Shown here piece by piece: positions 56,201-64,000 of a stretch of DNA of 64,000 nucleotides. Below the pieces are notes generated by a model, which was not told the origin of the DNA, searched no databases, and worked only from the letters and a program-made list of their open reading frames with translations. Numbering within the stretch: position 1 is the first letter of the stretch; each line of letters begins with the position of its first letter. The DNA is from Ostrea edulis. Its lineage: Eukaryota. The position numbers were made by a program, and so were the translations under genes. The stretch is from contig NC_079164.1 in assembly GCF_947568905.1 (NCBI RefSeq), positions 15,190,001 to 15,254,000 on the forward strand. Direction: 5' to 3'.

Positions 56201-58423
56201 CACATTTACCTGTTTATTGATAGAACAATACACACATTTACCTGTTTATTGATAGAACAATACACACATTTACCTGTTTAATAATAGAATAATACACACA
56301 TTTACCTGTTTATTGATAGAGCAATACACACATTTACCTGTTTATTGATAGAACAATACACACATTTACCTGTTTATTGATAGAACAATACACACATTTA
56401 CCTGTTTATTGATAGACAGACCAATACAGACACAAGTTTGAGGAATGCTGTGTACAAAATTGGCTGTTCCATCAATGGGGTCAATGATCCAAGTCGGTGC
56501 ATCTGTCCATTCCACTTTCTTTCCTTCTGCTGTTGACTCCTCTCCGATGAACCTGACAAACAGTAACATCACAATTATTGCCCTCTAATGAGGTCAATAC
56601 ACCAAGCTGTGAGGAAAAACTAATCAGTGTCGAACCATTCATAGTCAATACAGTATTATATTTTTAGTATTCCTTGTTATAGTATTATGTTTTACTGGTT
56701 CCAGTACAGAAAATATTTCAAAATTTCCTAAGTTCTTAGGGTGGCTCACTACACCTTGAAAAAGTTTCTCAAATCAGCACAAAATGATTTAATTACGAAA
56801 GATGTGATGGATAATCAGTAAAGGCAGAAAATATGCAATTCTGGATTTTAAAAAACCGATTTTCAGTACATAGAGACAAAAGTCTCTGGTGGCAGATTTG
56901 AACTCGGGATCAGTTCACCAGCCTGATACTTTAACCACTGAGCCACAATGAAAGACAAACAAATCGATTGATACAAATAATTTCACAAAACATTGAAATT
57001 ACCATCTTGTGACGTAGTGTCATAACGAGTATAAGCCTTGGTGTAGTGACCTACCTTACGACTAGAGTACATAATTCTTTTGTTCAGCTTAAAATCTCTG
57101 TTCTCTTTTTCCTACTATCTGACCTGAAACTCTCATTTCTGCTCTCAGACCTTATATTTTAACTCCACTGTCGTAGAAATCTCTTCCCTCAAATGATCTG
57201 ACTGTAACTACCCTTATACATCACAAATAAAGCCCATCTTTCTTAGTCCTATCTTTGAATTTTAATCTATTCTTCTCAATCGTTACTGATAAAAATGAGC
57301 AACCATTCAGATCCTGCACATCTAACGACTCAGATCAGCATTCAAGTGTTTGGAGTATTTTCCCGGTACACAGAATACCAAATGTCAAACATTTACCTAA
57401 CATTGATCAATGATTCTGTGGAATCTGATGATGTCATTTGCACACTTACTGATGGGTTGGGTACTTTTCGTGCAGTAAGGATATGATGAGTTTCTCTACA
57501 GCTTGATCCGTTTCTGTGACAATGTCTGCGTAAGATTCTTTGGTCATAAGGTCTTTCTCCTTGTAAAACGCTTCCTTGACCATCTGACAAATAAAGTATA
57601 GAAAAGCTAACATCATGTGATGCACTTCTGAACGTATGTTACAACATTTGATAACTTTATAACTCAATTTCAGTACTTTTCCTGGCACACTTGTATCTAT
57701 GTTGCTGCTATCAATTTTGACTTTCTTCTTATGAATGTTGCTCTTTATTTGTACGCCCTCAAGGGTCCCAAATTGGTTTCAATAAATCTATTTTATTCTA
57801 TTCTACTTCTCCGTGGCTCAGTGGTTATGTCACTAGTCTACAGATCCATGAGTTCAAATCCAGCAGGGAATTTTGTTTGCATTTTCAGTAATACAATACA
57901 CATGCTCTCACCATTACACTTAAAACATCAAACTGAATCTCCATTAAACATTAACTGGATCACTATCAGTCCATCTTCCCATACAGTAATAGCTGCGTTG
58001 TGAGTTTGATTAAACATTATGGCAAATACACTGTTCCTCAACATAGTAGTCATATTCTAGCATTTTTTGTGCTAGCTTCCTACACTAATTATATGTACAC
58101 ATCATTGATTACAAGCATACTTCTACAAAATGTACATTAAATCTAAAAAGCACTAATTATGATTGTGCCAGGAAATGTGCATGTGTGACAGGAAGGGAGA
58201 AAATGCAAGAGACCAGACCAGGATTCGAACCCAGGCCCCTGAATCTCTAGTCAGGTGCTCTACCGACTGAGCATTCTGGCTAATTGTCCACTGACAATTA
58301 AACCCATCTGACTGCCACACATAAATGTAAGTATACAGTCATGTATTTATTACTTACCTCCCCTGCCTTTCTGGCCACTTCCTGTGCTGTATTGAGATAT
58401 TCAGTTAAGGAATGATCCGACAT
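53267..58423 (-). CDS. IMPA1: Inositol monophosphatase 1-like, 274 aa
   Basis: Exons 58423-58358, 57583-57450, 56552-56402, 54687-54579, 54104-53999, 53725-53574, 53373-53267 (825 nt, phases consistent). [38 protein letters not shown]1 versus IMPA2 orthology is not resolvable by eye. Confidence 0.95.
55473..55794. mobile_element. MITE with CAGGGCC termini in IMPA intron
   Basis: TIR cagggccgtaaatta / taatttacggccctg; flanked by direct aatgg. Confidence 0.8.
56139..56415. repeat. 32-bp minisatellite spanning the IMPA exon 3 donor
   Basis: Unit catttacctgtttattgatagaacaatacaca, 8 good copies plus 1 degenerate. Confidence 0.95.
58184..58319 (-). mobile_element. Solo LTR of the tRNA-LTR TRIM in IMPA intron 1
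   Basis: TGTG...CACA ends on both strands, tRNA-like A and B boxes inside, flanks catg / cata (near 4-bp TSD). Confidence 0.75.
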
Positions 58424-59500
58424 TATTCTGGTTTTCCAAAAGCTGGTCAAAGAAGAAACATTACAAAAGCATTAATCATTGAAGTTACATTTTGTAACAC
58501 ATTTACAATATCAGATTACCAGTAACAAGCATTCTGAAAGTATATATAGCAAGGCAATACATAGTCCCCTACTGTCAAAAAATATTTGCATTCATTTTCT
58601 AAGTCCAATGGTCATAACTCAGCAAACAATCAATGGACTGGAACAAAATTCTAACTTGATCTGTAATTTGTCATGGTAAGATTAATGTAACTGTCATGTA
58701 TTTAAATCAAAACACACTGGTGGTTCGGGTTCTAAAGTTCTTTATTGTTATATCCTAATTCTGGAGGATGATCATAAACTCGGAAGAACAGAAACTGCAG
58801 TAAAACTTTGTTTCTTTGATATGACAAAATGTGAATAATAAGTCACTCAGTCCGGGTCTGGAGTGTTGCTGGGTTAGTTTCTGGAATTGGCGTGAATCTT
58901 GCTTATATAGCACCAAACCAGTAAAACAACTCACAAGATACTCACAACTACACACAAACCATACTGACCTTTCACACTTTTCTCTCTACCAATCAGCGTT
59001 CATCCCCATGAATATGAATGAAATGAAACGACTTACGATGAAATCAGTAACGTAATGAAATTATATTAGTCTGTTAAATATGAATTATTTCATCCTGATA
59101 AATAACCAAATATCAAATAAATATATGCAAGCATGACGAAAAAAGTGCAGAAAACTGATATACCACACCGACAGACGGACGTATGGATCAAATGCAAATC
59201 TAAAGTCCCCTTCAACAAAATTTGTCATTAGGGGACTAAAAAGGTAGAATCTAATGATTAATACAATATGCTTTTAAATCAACACAGCCACATATCAAAA
59301 ATGGAAAACCCCTCTCTTTGTGTCCATCTGTCCATCAATTTGTTGATAATTTTATCCCAGCTCCATTTCTTCTACAGTATACATAGGACTGCAGCAAAAT
59401 TTCACACAGTACCATATACCATCCTGTGTAGATACATACATATCCATTTTTTGACATGTCACATCTTTCATTCTGGAGTTACACTGGACTTTCATTCTCA

Positions 59501-60150
59501 TGTACATGTAACAGGAAGGGAGAAAATGCAACAGACCAGACCAGGATTCGAACCTGGGCCCCCTGAATTTCTAGTCAGGTGCTCTACCAACTGATATATC
59601 TGGCCACCGGCTGTAGAACCCGCCTGACTGCTTCATTCCTCCCTCCTTAAATTGTCTTTGTCCTAGAAGACACAACCCAGATTCTTATTGCCACTGGCAA
59701 GATTTTCACCTGCAAGTCCTGGGGTGCTCAATGGCACCAAATGTAACAGGAAGGGACAAAATGCAATGGACCAGACTGGGATTCGAACCCAGGTTCCCTG
59801 ACTCTCTAGTCATGTGCTCTACCAACTGAGCTAACTGGCCACCGGCAAACAAACCCGGCCAGCCGCTACACTCCTCGCTCTTTAAATGTCTTCGTCCTCG
59901 AAGACATCAACCCAGGGTCTTTATCCTATGAGAGGCATTTTCACCTGTCAGTTCCAGGGGCTGGTCTATGGCACCAAATGTTACAGGAAGGGAAAATGCA
60001 CATCCTGGTCACAGCACCAAATACAACAGGAAGGGAGAAAATGCAATAGACCAAACGGGGAGTCGAACCCAGGCTCTCTGAATCTCTAGTCCGGTGCTCT
60101 ACCAACTGAGCTAACTGGCCACCGGCATACGAACCCAGCCGACCACTACA
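59501..60150 (-). mobile_element. Tandem array of tRNA-LTR TRIM (Helenus-like)
   Basis: LTRs 59507-59635, 59742-59870, truncated 59979-60000, 60022-60150; PBS-like and PPT motifs between them; ctca flanks at 59497-59500 and 60151-60154. Confidence 0.8.
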
Positions 60151-60225
60151 CTCAAAATGACCATGAGTCTGAAGATCTATTGTACAGCATTAAGTGAATT
60201 GTATAGCATATAATTATAATGTAAC

Positions 60226-60503
60226 ATTGGGAGTTTTTCACCCTTCCTGTAATATATTTGATGCCACAGACCAGTCCCTGGAACTGACCAGGTGAAAATG
60301 CATGCCAGCAGATAAAGATTCTGGGTTAATTAATGTCTTCAAGGTGTGAAGACATTTAAGGAGGGAGGAATGTGGCAGTCAGATGGGTTTGATCACCAGT
60401 GACCAAGCAGATAGCTCAGCTGAAAGAGCACCTGATTAGAGATTCAGGGGGCCCGGGTTCAATTCCTGGTCTGGTCTGTTGCATTTTCACCTTTCTTCTT
60501 ACA
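60226..60503 (+). mobile_element. Inverted copy of the tRNA-LTR TRIM
   Basis: Partial LTR end, degenerate PBS, internal region, PPT aaggagggaggaa at 60358-60370, LTR 60371-60503 (TGTGGC...TTACA). Confidence 0.78.
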
Positions 60504-61036
60504 CAACAAAACCCCATAAAACCCATCTGATTACCATCAAGCAAAAACCACCCTTAAGTGAAAAATATCACCTTTTCACTTTTCAAATGTTTTAGATAGA
60601 GGAATTTCTCCTCTTTCTGTTGATATGTAGCATTCCGTTACAATCCAATGATAATGACATAAAAAATCCCCATCAAACTTAGTAAAAACCTGCATTGAGT
60701 CGTTTGACGTCATGATTTTTGGAAATTTACGTTGTATTTCGTTACATATTTTGTGACTTTTAAACGTAATCAAAATACATGAGTCTAGATTTTTTTTTAT
60801 CATCTGATAAATAGGTATACATATATCAACATTCGAACAATTATTTAGATTATGAGATTCAAGATGATGAATATGACAAAATACCATATTATACAAAATA
60901 ACCCTAGATATTTACAGCTCTTTAATAAGTAGTACCCCCCCCCCCCCCCCCCCCCCTCCGAGTTGTCATTTCTATGTCCTAATTAGGGCGCAAAGGGAGA
61001 CGGGTTCATGAAGTTACTGATGCAGATCAAACCAGG

Positions 61037-61246
61037 GGCATCATCATGTTATTCGCTCCGCGGAGCGAATTAGCATGTATACTACGTACATAAATATAGC
61101 ATTATTCCGTAAATGTGAATGAATGATTTTTGCTTTTATAAACTGAATAAAATTATTAGCATAATTATAAGAAGTCAATAGTTAACACGTATGAACCAAA
61201 CATGTCAAACTAATTCGCCCTGCAGAGCGAATAACATGATTATGCC
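61037..61246. mobile_element. MITE with 37-bp TIRs and 8-bp TSD
   Basis: TIR ggcatcatcatgttattcgctccgcggagcgaattag / ctaattcgccctgcagagcgaataacatgattatgcc; flanks aaaccagg / gaaccagg. Confidence 0.8.
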
Positions 61247-62307
61247 GAACCAGGAATAACATTAACATTCATAACTTTTAACTGTCTGATGGGGAAAATC
61301 CGGGCAGAGTCGGAAACGTGGGAATATGTGAATATGTACCGGTCTCATTAAAACTGCCCTCCAGAGAGAATGTCTTGTTTTGATAAAACAATAATCCCTA
61401 TGTCTAGTGTAATGATTTTGTTTTTCATGAACTTATACATGCACTAACCAATATACCAGGCTGTAAAACTAGTCTAGTTCCACGTAATGTTCTAGCACAC
61501 GTCTAATCGCAAACTGCAAACTGGCTCGGTGCAGGATTTAGAGTAACCTTTAGTTTCAATTTCTAAAAGGAAAGTAGAAATAACTAACCGAAAAAAAGTT
61601 CTACAGAATCATTTATCCTGTTACTGTACATCATAAATATTTCAAATTTGCCTATCAATGTTTTCTCAAGTATATGACTTGGTTGATGACTGAATCATCC
61701 GACATATCAAAAGAGATTAAATAATCTATTTTAGAATACAATTATTATTTTTCTTTTTGAGATACGAACGACAACTCTGGTTAGATTTATCGGTTAGATT
61801 TTTTGTGTTTATTTCCGGTGAGAACCCACGTGTTATGTTTTAGAAAATAATGTCATCAAAAGTGATGTCTAAGCGTGTTCCAGATAAGGTTTGTAGACAA
61901 TAATACCTATATTACACTATTAAAGAGTATCTTCTGATAAGTGAATATTGCGCCTTGTACTTGATGTCTTCTCTGACACTACAACTGCAAGACCAATCAG
62001 TCATATTGTCAACTTTGAATCTCAAACCTTCCACTGTGTACATATAAGTATAACTATACACATGATCTAGTAATTGTAATTTATTATTTTAACCGAGTTG
62101 CGACAAAATCGATCTCGATTTAGATCTGTAAAGTAGTAAGACCAAAAAAATTTTGCAAACTAAACTTTCCTAATACAAAATCACCTTCGAGTTTGGTCCA
62201 ACAGTTTCTTGCAGGAGTAATCATCAAGAATTGAATTGAATTTTTGTTTTTTATTCTTTATCAATTTTGATTATGTCACAAGTGCTATTTTATGTACATG
62301 TTTTGAT

Positions 62308-63908
62308 AAGCGGTAAATGTAGTACGGCTGAAAGTCGAAAGTCCCAGAGAGCGATTTTTTCGAGATTTCTCTCAATGCTGCATGTAATAACACATAATTT
62401 GCAGAGGTTACTGTTTGTAACCTAGGTACATAAAAAATATATAAATTTTCTGAGAATTCTTCTGCAAACGTACCAAACCAGAGTTTTCACCTGCCAAAAA
62501 GCGATAAATTTACTAGTCTATGTTATATAAATGTCAGAACCCAAACACGGTCAAAGACATTGACCGATTTCCACAGCCCCATTGTAAATACTGTGTTTTA
62601 AGTAATCCAATTCATGCAAAAATATTAATCATAACTACATTTTATGTTTTTATGATTATTTCCACAACACAGAATAATAGAAACAGATGTATTTTGTGAT
62701 CTAGATATTGTTTTAATGAACAATGAGGTCCCCTTAGTTTGGTCAATCTGTCCCCAAACAGCGTACATGTAAAACGATAGTTGAGGATGTATGTTCAAGG
62801 TAATAGTAATGATTAAGAGAAAGGTGAAGATAACAAGCAGTGATTAATCATTTATACCATTGCCCAGCTCTGGCCATGTGAAGACTCCTCATTCACTCAA
62901 TAGCCATAATTTTGAATAAAAAATATAAACTCCGAAAGTGAAGAAACTATACTTCCTAAAGTAAATAATGTAACCCAAAAAGTGTGCATTTACAATAATT
63001 TTGAAATTTGTCGTTTCTCTTCGATAAATTACATAGGACTACTTTAAATTACACAGCGTGCACATTAGCACACTGCATCAAAAATAAGAATTGAATTATA
63101 GAATTATTTAATTACGAATATGTTTCAATAACTGAAGTTATAAAAAGAAGCACGCTATTTATAGTGTATAGTGGATTGAAATATTGCAAAAGTGAGAAGA
63201 AGAAAAATCTAGCACATGTGTTTTCAGATTTAGTGTATCACAATGAGAGTGGTTTGTCAAAACAATTATTTGCATTATTATTTTCATGTAAACTAAATTG
63301 TATTTTTGTCAAAAATGTTGGCTTGAAAAGAAAATATACTGTTTTTACTACTTCAAGATTTAATTATTGATCATAAACAAATGTAGATAATTCATGTGAT
63401 GTTTTTGATATATTTATCATACAGCATAGCTATTCGTTGAACCTTTTCTTCACTCAGAGCGACTCTGCCTGGCCGAGTACATGTACTACACATGTATAAT
63501 TACAAATAATATGTAAGGTAACATAATAAATTGTGCATATAAATGCACCATATATGAAAGTGCGATTTATTTTAGTTACTTTAGATATCTAGAACTCAGT
63601 CTGATTCAATTTTGCCTATGTTTAATGCTAAACCACGGACATTCAGTAGATCGCATGATCAGCGATCGTGTTCAGGTTTCGGCATTTATAAAACGTACTA
63701 GATTTAACTGTTTTGGTATCTGAAAACTCTGGTTCAGTACCTTTGTTATAGAATTCTCAGAAAAGGTTACATGATTCTTGTTTAATAGGTCACAAACAGT
63801 TATCACAAAAAGTTTGATGCCATTCTATTTACTATTAAGAGAGAAATCATGCAAAAATCGCTATCCGGGGCTTTTGGCTTTCGGGTTTCCGTACTACATT
63901 TACCGCTT
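62308..63908. mobile_element. 1.6-kb non-autonomous DNA transposon with long imperfect TIRs
   Basis: Perfect 20-bp terminal IR aagcggtaaatgtagtacgg / ccgtactacatttaccgctt; further inverted similarity at 62446-62490 versus 63715-63770; no coding capacity seen. Confidence 0.75.
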
Positions 63909-64000
63909 GCCGTTCATATTCTTGAACTGTTGAAAGATGATCTTTTACTAAACGTATTTTGATTAACCAATCACATCGATCTACATTAAATTGTAGCTGA

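Noticed and set aside
59770-59840. tRNA-like sequences (also ~51090, ~58210, ~60410, ~56890, ~57810, ~7110) as real tRNA genes
   Set aside because: The 8-nt anticodon loops or broken stems, divergence among copies and repeat context indicate LTR- or SINE-derived heads.

Overview
AT-rich, intron-containing animal genomic DNA. The repeat complement (Helentron/HINE-type elements with ~165-bp cores, mollusc-type SINE, Penelope-like 3' remnants) suggests a bivalve, probably an ostreid oyster; this is inference, not a database match. Seven host genes were reconstructed exon by exon with GT-AG junctions and consistent phases: a 5'-truncated GH9 cellulase (+), a two-exon secreted short-chain collagen (-), TMEM70 (+), EEFSEC (+), OTUD6B (-), TMEM192 (+) and an IMPA1-like inositol monophosphatase (-). 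Between the collagen and TMEM70 lies a transposon nest: an ISL2EU-type element (SWIM-YqaJ gene plus Harbinger-type DDE gene), a mariner interrupted by a SINE, palindromic elements and a decayed OTU/vertnin-like relic. Two observations stand out. (1) A family of miniature LTR retroelements whose ~130-bp TG...CA LTR is built around a tRNA-like Pol III cassette, with a tRNA-His-like PBS and a polypurine tract; it occurs as a tandem array, an inverted copy, a solo LTR and a fold-back copy, and matches the Helenus/Cassandra-type TRIM architecture. (2) Minisatellites repeatedly seeded on splice junctions in four of the seven genes, producing stacks of decoy donors or acceptors where only one site keeps the ORF open. 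No CRISPR, rRNA or bona fide tRNA gene was found.
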